DNA of 64,000 nucleotides from an uncultured Thermoleophilia bacterium (lineage in GTDB: Bacteria > Actinomycetota > Thermoleophilia > UBA2241), in NCBI GenBank assembly GCA_963702475.1, contig CAVPCT010000003.1:64001-128000 (forward strand), written 5' to 3'. Under the pieces are notes generated by a model. That model ran no database searches. It was not told the DNA's origin and saw nothing but the letters and a program-made list of their open reading frames with translations. The first letter of the stretch is position 1. Every line of letters starts with the position of its first letter. The position numbers and the translations under genes are program-made. Shown one piece after another: positions 56,679 through 64,000 of this stretch.

Positions 56679-56716
56679 GGGCGGCGGGGCGGCCCTTCAG
56701 GGCCGCCCCGCCGCCC
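56679..56716 (-). terminator. 17-bp GC hairpin downstream of the secreted protease genes
   Basis: GGGCGGCGGGGCGGCCC-ttca-GGGCCGCCCCGCCGCCC. Confidence 0.6.
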
Positions 56717-56762
56717 CGCCGCCTCACGCCGAGACCCGGCAGCAGTCGGCTCCGTCCGGACG

Positions 56763-57854
56763 TCAGAAGCCGGCCGGGGAGTAGTCGATGGGCGTCGTTC
56801 CCTCCCTCCAGCCGATCCACGGATCGTGTGCGTTCTGCTGTGGGACGCCTCCCGACGACATGAGTTGCCTCCACCCGCGGAAGCTGAGCCCGTCCGCCGA
56901 CATCGTGAGCTCGAAGTCGTAGACGCTCTCTGTGTCCCACGTGTAGACCGCCGTACCCTTGAGCACGTTCCCCTCGGCCGTCGCCGTGAAGCGGACGTTC
57001 CACTGCGTCGAGTCTCCCGTGACCGAGGTGCCCGTCTGAGTGAAGCGGATCTCGTTGAACGTGTAGCTCTGCCAGGTCCCGGTCCAGTCGGGGAGGCTCA
57101 GCGCCTCCCGCAGGTTCTCCCACTGGTCGCCGGCGAACGCCTTGTCGGTGAGGTACATCTTCTGGATGGCGTCGGCGTCCACCGAGAACCCGAACCACTT
57201 CTTCATCATGGCGAGGTCCGGCGGGTACTTCTTGGTCTCGTCCAGCTTCTTGGCGGCGTAGTCCATCTTCTCGAGGTACTTCTGCCAGATGGTGCGCAGT
57301 ACGGCGACGGAAGCGCCCGCCTTGGCCTTCTTCTCGAGCTGGTCGAGCCACGGCAGCGCCTCCTTGGCGACGCTCGTCATGTACTCGATGTTGCGCTCCT
57401 GGAAGAGCTTGTCGCTGTTCGTCTGGTCGTCACCGTTGCTCTCCTCCAGGGCGTGCGTGACCTCGTGCCACACAGTCTCGCCCCAGGCCGCCCTATCGCC
57501 GGCCTTCAGCTTGCGGGGGTCCTTGGAGAAGGTGATGACGTTGGGCTCGGGGCCGTACTGCGCGTTGGGGGTGTTGCCGTTGGCGTCGCGCAGCCGCGGG
57601 TTCACGACGATCTTGCACTGCGCGAGGCGCACCCGGTACTTCTGGGCGGCGCCCAGGTCGGTGACCTTGGCGAACCCGTCCTTGTCCCACGTGCCCATGA
57701 AGCTCTTCATGATCTCGTAGGCGCTGCCGTGGAGCGTCTTGGGCGCCGCGGGCGCCGCGGGCGCGGCGACGGCGGCGAGCAGCAGCACGGCCAGGCACAC
57801 AGGCAGCAGGAGCCGCAGGCTGCGCCCGGACCGGCGGGGACGACTCGGACTCAT
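56763..57854 (-). CDS. Secreted protein with an HExxH zinc-metalloprotease motif and a beta-rich C-terminal domain
   Basis: Signal peptide; VWHEVTHALE followed by a downstream Glu (ERNIE); WTGTW..F.Q.G..VTG C-terminal domain; RBS GAGGAGG. Confidence 0.7.
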   Translation of the reverse strand: MSPSRPRRSGRSLRLLLPVCLAVLLLAAVAAPAAPAAPKTLHGSAYEIMKSFMGTWDKDGFAKVTDLGAAQKYRVRLAQCKIVVNPRLRDANGNTPNAQYGPEPNVITFSKDPRKLKAGDRAAWGETVWHEVTHALEESNGDDQTNSDKLFQERNIEYMTSVAKEALPWLDQLEKKAKAGASVAVLRTIWQKYLEKMDYAAKKLDETKKYPPDLAMMKKWFGFSVDADAIQKMYLTDKAFAGDQWENLREALSLPDWTGTWQSYTFNEIRFTQTGTSVTGDSTQWNVRFTATAEGNVLKGTAVYTWDTESVYDFELTMSADGLSFRGWRQLMSSGGVPQQNAHDPWIGWREGTTPIDYSPAGF

Positions 57855-57891
57855 GACGAACCTCCTCAGGGGCACGATGCGCCGCGTTTCA

Positions 57892-59568
57892 TCACTTCAC
57901 CGTCAGCGCCGCGAAGCCCTTGGCGCTGTTGCCGACCAGGTCGGTGCCGGTCACGATGATCGTGTACTTGCCTTTGGCCAGGGTCACCTTGTACTTGACC
58001 CACCACCAGCCGTCGTAGTTCTCGCCGTAGTCCCACGACCACGACTTCTTCACGTTGCCGTTCTTGGTCACGATCTGCACCTGCGAGGCGACCTCGGCGC
58101 TGATGTCGTCGTACACGCGGAAGTAGATCTTCACAGTCTGGTTCTTCTTCGCGGTCGCGTCCTTCGCGCCCACCTGCGGCGCGGTGGTGTCGAGCGGGTA
58201 GATCCACTTGATTCCGGCCACGTCGCCTGCGCTCAACGTCCGCGCGACCGACTCGTAGTCGCCGAAGCCGTACATGACCTTGGCCGTGTCCCCGGGACCG
58301 TAGAGGTCGTTGAGCACCAGCCAGTGGCCGACCTCGTGCATGGCGATGGACTGGACGTCCATGGTGCCGGAGCCCGGGGAGCCGTCGCCCCAGTCGTAGT
58401 CGTTGTTGTAGCGGATGTCGGCCTCCTGGACGATGCCGCCGCCGCTCCAGCTGCTGGACTGCGCGATGACGCCGCTGGGAAGGCCGTAGGCCCAGGAGAT
58501 CACACTCTTGCCGTCGCTCGCGATCGTGGCGGTGGTCCTGCCGCCGTCGACGAAGGTGAACCCGGAGCCGGCGGCGTTCCAGGTCGCGGTGCCCGCGTCC
58601 ACGAGGGACTCGCGCAAGGCGTCGTCGATGCCCGAAGTGTTCAGGAAGTACGTCACCTGTGGCTTCGCCCAGTGCTCGCCGCCGTAACTGAACGGCACGG
58701 AGAAGGTGAAGGGGGCCGACTCGCGGAGGTCGACGGTCGTGACCCACAGGGGACCGGAGCCGGCGGAGGCCGAGTAGTTCTTGATGATGGCGGTCGGGAC
58801 GGCGCACTCGATGCGCGTGTCGCTCCAGGAGCTGATCTCGGCTTCGATGCGTTCGACGTCGTCGTTGCCATAGGTGAACTCGACCCAGCCGCGGATGGCC
58901 CCGAACCCGCGGCCGGTGATGACGACGGGGGCGTCGATGCCGGCCGCCGCGGAGTTGGGGCTGACGGAGGTGATGACCGGCGCGGCCACGGTGCGGGCGC
59001 CGGATGCGGGGGCCGGCGCCTGCTCGCCCGCCGGCCCTGCCTCGCTCTGGTCCGCGGCCGCGCCCTGCTTCAGGGCCGCGCGGATGCGCTGGTCCATGGC
59101 GGAGCGCTTCGCGCCCTTGCCATAGACGTGCCCGTCGACGACCGGGATCTTGCCCTGGAAGCCGGCGATGACCCACCCACGCACGTCGACGAACACGTAG
59201 CACTCCTCGCCCGGCGAGAAGGACGGCATGGCGTCCACGCGTACTGTGGTGCCGTCCGGCAGCGTCCCTCCGGGGACGGCGAAGGCGACGACCTCGCCCG
59301 GGGCTCCCTTGAGGGCCGTGCCCACGCGCATCCGTACCACTGTGCGCACGTCGCCGGCGGACTGGTCGACCGACGTGTTCAGCACGGTGCCGTCGACCAC
59401 CAGCACCGCACGCTGGGTGAGCTCCTCGACGGTCATGCGCTCGAGTACGGTAGCGCCGGCGGCGGCGGGGAACAGCAGCAGGAGCAGGAGCGGTAGGATG
59501 AGGGGCACGCCTGGCGCCGCCCGGGGCCGTGTCGCTCTCCCGACAGCGCGCTCACGCCGTCCGTTCAT
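57892..59568 (-). CDS. Secreted matrixin-like (M10) metalloprotease with an IPT/TIG domain and C-terminal Ig-like domain
   Basis: Signal peptide; PVITSVSP...VVITGRGFG..SWSDT.I (IPT); DVQSIAMHEVGHWLVLND, Met-turn VMY, LSAGDVAGIKWIY. Confidence 0.85.
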   Translation of the reverse strand: MNGRRERAVGRATRPRAAPGVPLILPLLLLLLFPAAAGATVLERMTVEELTQRAVLVVDGTVLNTSVDQSAGDVRTVVRMRVGTALKGAPGEVVAFAVPGGTLPDGTTVRVDAMPSFSPGEECYVFVDVRGWVIAGFQGKIPVVDGHVYGKGAKRSAMDQRIRAALKQGAAADQSEAGPAGEQAPAPASGARTVAAPVITSVSPNSAAAGIDAPVVITGRGFGAIRGWVEFTYGNDDVERIEAEISSWSDTRIECAVPTAIIKNYSASAGSGPLWVTTVDLRESAPFTFSVPFSYGGEHWAKPQVTYFLNTSGIDDALRESLVDAGTATWNAAGSGFTFVDGGRTTATIASDGKSVISWAYGLPSGVIAQSSSWSGGGIVQEADIRYNNDYDWGDGSPGSGTMDVQSIAMHEVGHWLVLNDLYGPGDTAKVMYGFGDYESVARTLSAGDVAGIKWIYPLDTTAPQVGAKDATAKKNQTVKIYFRVYDDISAEVASQVQIVTKNGNVKKSWSWDYGENYDGWWWVKYKVTLAKGKYTIIVTGTDLVGNSAKGFAALTVK

Positions 59569-59714
59569 CTTGCACCTCCCGTCTCGCGCCCGCCGGCCAC
59601 GTTGGGCGGATGCGTCGCTTGCGGTCGTCATACCTCATCTGATTGTGAGTGAATCGGCTCACGGAAGGAATGTCTTAACGCTGTGTTCTCCACGGCGCGC
59701 CGCGGCGAAGCTTG

Positions 59715-60380
59715 TCAGGCGCGCGCGTACCGCAGCCAGACGACCCCGTCGGCGAAGTGCTCGACGGCCTCGAGGCGGAGTGCGAGGACGTCGCCCGCCG
59801 ACTCAGGGTCGGACCCCCGCAGGAACGGCCGGGGAGCGTCCCCGCCGACCAAGAGCGGCTCGAGCAGCACGCTGACCTCGTCGATGAGTCCCTCGCGCGC
59901 CAAGGCGCCGCTGAGAGACCCGCCGCTGTCTACGCGGACGATGCGCACCCGGCAGCGCTCGGCGAGAAGCTCAAGGGCCGCGCGCAGGTCGATGCGTCGC
60001 CCGCCGCCGGCCTTCAGCGTCGTGATGCCGTCTCGCGCCAGCCGCGCGAGGCCCTCCGCGGGGCTGGCCTCGGCGACGAGCACGGCGACATCCCGCCAGT
60101 AGGGTTGGGCGCGCAGCCAGTTCCAGCGGTCGAAGCGACAGCGGCTGTCGGTCACCACCAGGAGGGGACCGGCGCCGCTGTCCGCTGGACCGGTGGGCGC
60201 CGGCGGGGCCTCGTCTTCGGCGGGCAGTCCCTCCGCCTGCAGCAGCGTGTCGGCGCCGGTGAGGACGGCGTCTTCGCCTATGTCTCCCGCCAGGCGGTAG
60301 TACCGCGCCACGTCGGGTCGCAGGAAGTCGATGCGGCCGTCGAGACTCGACTCGACGTGCAGGACGACCTTGGGGAGCAT
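59715..60380 (-). CDS. RibD C-terminal domain reductase (DHFR-like)
   Basis: MLPKVVLH..SSLDGRI, DAVLTGADT, VVTDSR, DSGGSL, LIDEVS; RBS AAGGAGG. Confidence 0.9.
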   Translation of the reverse strand: MLPKVVLHVESSLDGRIDFLRPDVARYYRLAGDIGEDAVLTGADTLLQAEGLPAEDEAPPAPTGPADSGAGPLLVVTDSRCRFDRWNWLRAQPYWRDVAVLVAEASPAEGLARLARDGITTLKAGGGRRIDLRAALELLAERCRVRIVRVDSGGSLSGALAREGLIDEVSVLLEPLLVGGDAPRPFLRGSDPESAGDVLALRLEAVEHFADGVVWLRYARA

Positions 60381-60647
60381 GCGATCCTCCTTGGACGCAG
60401 TTGAAGGCGGTCGCTGGAGTGTAGCGGAGCGGCGGGACGGAGCCCGCGGGCGCGGGGGTCGCCGCCGCGGGCCCAAGCTGGCATACTCCCCCCAGACCGT
60501 CAGGCCCGTGGCTCCGGGAGGTCTCCCTTCAGCACCCCGGCCGTCTCCTTTGCCAGTCACTTCGTCCGCACCCTCGCCGTCGCGCGCGGCCTGCGCCGTT
60601 CGCCGGGCGCGGCGCTCGCCGCGGCGTTCGCTTGCGGGCTCGCCGCC

Positions 60648-62081
60648 ATGCTGGCCCTCGCCCCGGAGGTCCGGGCCGTGGACGTGCCGTCCACGGCGCC
60701 GCCGGGGGTACGCGCCGCCGCCCCCTCTGCCGGCAGCGGCGGCTGGTACTGGCCCGCGGGCACCGAGGAATTCGGCGGGTACGCCGGCTTTCTGGCGCCG
60801 CGCGGCAGCAACGTCCACGTGGCGCAGGACATGCACGCCAAGAAGGGCAGCCCGGTCTACGCCGTCGGCGACGGGACCGTGTGGATCTCCCGCGCCGACA
60901 CCGGCGGCTACGGCGTGGGCGGCAAGCCCGGCGGCTGCATCATCATCGTGCACCGCACGGGGGCCGGAGAGGAGTTCCGCGCCCTCTACGGGCACGTCTC
61001 CAAGCTGGCGGTGAAGGAGGGTGACCGCGTCGTCCCGGGGCAGCTGATCGCGGTCGTGAACGGCCTCGACCACCTGCACTTCGGCATCCACCCCGGGGAG
61101 ACGTACCGCGACCGCAACCCCTACGCCGGCGAGGTGCCCAAGAAGTGGGAGGACCACGGCGGCTGGGTCGACCCGGTCAAGTACCTGCGCACGCATCCGC
61201 GCGGGGCGAGCTACGCGCCGCCGGCGCTGCCCGTCGTCAGGATCCAGACGGATGTGGCTCCGGCCGACTTCGGCGCCGTCGCCGGCGTCGCCTACTGGAC
61301 GGAGCAGGACGGGGAGACGCCGAGCACCTTCGCACACGACCTGGCCGACGGCACGCGGCGGCAGCTGGCGGCCGGCGAAGCGCCGCCGCCGTTCGATGCC
61401 GTCAGATACGCGGTGAACCAGCTCGCCTCGCCGGCCGTCGGCTTCGCCGTGCGCGACCGACTGCCGGTGCTCACGCTCACGACCGACGGGGACGAGCCGG
61501 CCTGGGGTGAGGCGGCCGCGCTCAGCGGCAGCCTCACCAACGCGGCCGGCAAGCCGTTCGTCCGGGCCGATGTGCGGCTGGAGCGCCGGGCGGCCGCCGG
61601 CTGGAAGACGGTGGCGACCCACCGCACGGCGGCCAGGGGCGAGTACTCGTTCACGTACACGCCGCGCACGCGGACGGACCTGCGCGTGCGCTTCCTGCTG
61701 CCGGAGAAGCAGTCGTCCGGAGCCGTGTACGTCGTCCCGGCCCCGGCGCCCGTCGTCTTGACTCCCCAGGTGCAGCTCGGAGTCCCCACGGTCCCGCCCG
61801 CAGCTCGGGTCGGCACGTCGGCGACGTACGCTGGTGGCCTGCTGCCCCGCCACAGTGCCGGGCCGGGCGCCGTGCTGCTCGAGTTCCAGCGCCTCAAGGG
61901 CGGGGCGTGGGCCGCCGCCAAGACGGTCAGAGCCCCCGTCGCCGACGCGGCGCTCGGCTCGGTCTACGTGGGCACGGTCCGTCTGTCAGCCGCGGGTCGC
62001 TGGCGGGTGCGGGCCGTCCACCCGGCCGACGACGCGCACGCGGAGACCGTGAGCACGTGGCGGGCCTTCACGGTGAAGTGA
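60648..62081 (+). CDS. M23 family peptidase with a C-terminal Ig-like module; the true start is probably further upstream
   Basis: HVAQD (HxxxD), YGH, HLHFG; the in-frame upstream region encodes a signal-peptide-like stretch lacking an obvious start codon. Confidence 0.85.
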   Translation: MLALAPEVRAVDVPSTAPPGVRAAAPSAGSGGWYWPAGTEEFGGYAGFLAPRGSNVHVAQDMHAKKGSPVYAVGDGTVWISRADTGGYGVGGKPGGCIIIVHRTGAGEEFRALYGHVSKLAVKEGDRVVPGQLIAVVNGLDHLHFGIHPGETYRDRNPYAGEVPKKWEDHGGWVDPVKYLRTHPRGASYAPPALPVVRIQTDVAPADFGAVAGVAYWTEQDGETPSTFAHDLADGTRRQLAAGEAPPPFDAVRYAVNQLASPAVGFAVRDRLPVLTLTTDGDEPAWGEAAALSGSLTNAAGKPFVRADVRLERRAAAGWKTVATHRTAARGEYSFTYTPRTRTDLRVRFLLPEKQSSGAVYVVPAPAPVVLTPQVQLGVPTVPPAARVGTSATYAGGLLPRHSAGPGAVLLEFQRLKGGAWAAAKTVRAPVADAALGSVYVGTVRLSAAGRWRVRAVHPADDAHAETVSTWRAFTVK

Positions 62082-62129
62082 CCGCGCCGCGTGCCGTCCG
62101 GCGGGGATGTGGCGCCTCTCGCGGCGCAG

Positions 62130-62138
62130 TGCTAAGGT
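62130..62138 (+). promoter_or_regulatory. Extended -10 element upstream of the glycine riboswitch
   Basis: TGcTAAGGT. Confidence 0.4.
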
Positions 62139-62169
62139 GTGCCGGCTGAGCCAAGTGAGGCAGCCCGGC

Positions 62170-62262
62170 TGAGCGCCGCGCGAGAGTCCGCCCTCGAGGC
62201 GGACGCCGAAGGGGCAAGGCGACCCTCGGGACGCCGAAACTCTCAGGCCCAAGGAGCGCGAC
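62170..62262 (+). ncRNA. Glycine riboswitch (single aptamer)
   Basis: CGCGC-GAGAG..P2..CGCCGAAGGGGCAA..P3..GAAACTCTCAGGC..AAGGA-GCGCG consensus, upstream of gcvH. Confidence 0.9.
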
Positions 62263-62311
62263 GGGACGGGCCCCCGGATGATCAGGCGCCGCCGCCGCGG
62301 CGCCGGCCGTC

Positions 62312-62351
62312 AGACAGGGTGGACATCGGTCCATCCTGTCTTCCTTTTTTT
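62312..62351 (+). terminator. Intrinsic terminator (riboswitch expression platform)
   Basis: AGACAGGGTGGAC-atcg-GTCCATCCTGTCT followed by a T-tract, between the aptamer and gcvH. Confidence 0.8.
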
Positions 62352-62453
62352 CGGTGCCGGGAGCGGCGGCTCCCGCCCGAACGCGCGTTTCCGCCGTCCG
62401 CCCGGCGGGCACGTTGCCAGCGAGCCAGGGCGGTTGCCGAAGGAGGAACGGAC

Positions 62454-62846
62454 ATGGCCGACGAGAGCTATCCCCAGGAACTGCAGTACTACAAGGAGCA
62501 CGATTGGGCGCGCCTGGAGGGTGAGGACGCCGTGTTCGGCATCACCTGGTTCGCCCAGGACGCTCTCGGAGAGATCGTCTACGCGGAGCTTCCGGCCGTA
62601 GGCGACAGCGTCGCCGCAGGCTCCACCTACGGTGAGCTCGAGTCGGTCAAGGCGGTGAGTGAGATCTACGCGCCGCTGAGCGGGGAGGTCGTGGAGGTCA
62701 ACGACGCTCTCCAGGACGAGCCGCAGCGCGTGAACGAGGACTGCTACGGCGAAGGCTGGCTCATCCGCGTCCGCCTCACCGCCCCCGGCGAGATCGGCGA
62801 GCTCATGGACGCCGCCGCGTACAAGGCGTTCCTCGACGAGGCGTGA
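62454..62846 (+). CDS. gcvH: Glycine cleavage system H protein
   Basis: Y.KEHDW, GIT.FAQDALGEIVY, ESVKAVSE lipoyl-Lys, YGEGW; RBS AAGGAGG. Confidence 0.96.
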   Translation: MADESYPQELQYYKEHDWARLEGEDAVFGITWFAQDALGEIVYAELPAVGDSVAAGSTYGELESVKAVSEIYAPLSGEVVEVNDALQDEPQRVNEDCYGEGWLIRVRLTAPGEIGELMDAAAYKAFLDEA

Positions 62847-62847
62847 G

Positions 62848-64000
62848 GTGGCCGGCAGTACCGTCGACTACGTCCCCCACAGCGCCGATGACCTGAGGGT
62901 CATGCTCGACGCCGTCGGGGCCGAGAGCGTCGACGAACTGTTCATCGCGGTCCCCGAGGCCGTGCGCCGACGGGGACCGCTGGCGTTGCCCGCCGGTCTG
63001 AGCGAGGCTGAGGTCGTGGCCGACCTGCGCCGGCTGGCAGCTGCCGACGTGCCGGCGAGCGCGATGGTGAGCTTCCTTGGAGCCGGCATCTACGACCACT
63101 ACGTGCCGGCGGTGGTCGACGCCGTGGTCTCGCGCAGCGAGTTCCTCACGGCGTACACGCCCTATCAGCCGGAGCGCAGCCAGGGCGTGCTGCAGAGCAT
63201 CTTCGAGTACCAGACGGCCGTCTGCGAGCTCACCGGCCTGGACGTCAGCAACGCGTCCATGTACGACGCCGGCACGGCTCTTGCCGAGGCGTCGGTGCTG
63301 GCGGGGGCGCAGACGGGACGCGGCACCGTCCTGCTCAGCGCCGGCGTGCACCCTGAGTATCGCCAGGTGCTGGCCACGGAGACCGTGGGGTACGGCCCGC
63401 GGCCCGCCGTCGTGGCGCTGGCTGCCGGCGGACTCACCGACCCGGACGCCTTGAGGGCGGCCGCCGGTGACGACACGGCCGCTGTGGTCGTCCAGCAGCC
63501 CAACTTCTTCGGCGGCCTCGAAGACGTCGCGGCGGCAGCCGCGATCGCCCACGAGGCCGGCGCCCTCCTCGTGGTGGTGGCCGACCCGCTCACCCTCGGC
63601 GTGCTGGAGGCCCCCGGGCGCCAGGGCGCCGACATCGTCGTGGGGGAGGCCCAGGCGTTCGGCGGGTCCATGAACTTCGGTGGTCCGGGCGTAGGCTACA
63701 TGGCGGTCACGCAGAAGCTGATGCGCCGCATCCCCGGCCGTCTCGTGGGCGAGACGGTCGACGTGGAGGGCAGGCGTGGCTTCGTGCTCACCCTGCAGAC
63801 GCGCGAGCAGCACATACGCCGCGAGAAGGCCACCAGCAACATCTGCAGCAACCACGCGCTCAACGCCCTGGCCGCCCTCGTCCACCTCACGTGGCTCGGG
63901 CGAGAAGGCCTCGCGGAGCTCGGGCTGCTCTGCGCTCGCAAGGCGCACTACCTGCGCGAGCGCCTGCTCGAGGTCCCCGGTGTGGACGCCTTCACCGGCG
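62848..64000 (+). CDS. gcvPA: Glycine dehydrogenase subunit 1, partial (runs off the right edge)
   Basis: YVPH..D...ML, FLGAGIYDHY, TAYTPYQPERSQG.LQ.IFEYQ, NASMYD, QTREQHIRREKATSNIC. Confidence 0.95.
   Translation, partial: MAGSTVDYVPHSADDLRVMLDAVGAESVDELFIAVPEAVRRRGPLALPAGLSEAEVVADLRRLAAADVPASAMVSFLGAGIYDHYVPAVVDAVVSRSEFLTAYTPYQPERSQGVLQSIFEYQTAVCELTGLDVSNASMYDAGTALAEASVLAGAQTGRGTVLLSAGVHPEYRQVLATETVGYGPRPAVVALAAGGLTDPDALRAAAGDDTAAVVVQQPNFFGGLEDVAAAAAIAHEAGALLVVVADPLTLGVLEAPGRQGADIVVGEAQAFGGSMNFGGPGVGYMAVTQKLMRRIPGRLVGETVDVEGRRGFVLTLQTREQHIRREKATSNICSNHALNALAALVHLTWLGREGLAELGLLCARKAHYLRERLLEVPGVDAFTG

Noticed and set aside
1-64000. Mobile elements, prophage, tRNA or rRNA
   Set aside because: No transposase, integrase, phage structural gene or structural RNA signature seen by inspection.

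Overview
Very GC-rich bacterial DNA, actinobacterial in style (Thermoleophilia/Coriobacteriia-like, inferred from gene content only). About 48 genes; no rRNA, tRNA, CRISPR, transposase or phage genes seen. Single-base frameshifts cluster at 6.9-15.6 kb and look like sequencing errors. Main points: (1) a translationally coupled RiPP-like operon (35057->31414, minus): a PqqD/RRE protein with a twin-arginine signal, a radical SAM/SPASM maturase, a 185-aa precursor with a YxxPxL leader and 8 C-[TS]-C motifs, and a membrane-anchored TPR protein. It converges on a 3xFHA ABC transporter and a Ser/Thr kinase-TIR protein carrying an array of TTxEP motifs. (2) A lipid/amino-polyol metabolic locus (10061-22386): a four-domain FGGY kinase/2-hydroxyacid dehydrogenase/SCP2/class II aldolase fusion, an HpnO-like aminotransferase, an M28 hydrolase, an HpnA-like reductase and a Zn dehydrogenase, divergent from a luxE-luxC-like pair. 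(3) A probable selenoprotein (FrnE/DsbA, UxxC) missed by the ORF track. (4) A GT-C glycosyltransferase locus with two B12 radical SAM enzymes. (5) A C-terminal module shared by unrelated secreted proteins. The rest is housekeeping: MoxR/DUF58, an ABC substrate-binding protein, MFS, Trk K+ uptake, SDR, TPP decarboxylase, HAD, IMPase, RibD-C, and a glycine riboswitch before gcvH-gcvPA.
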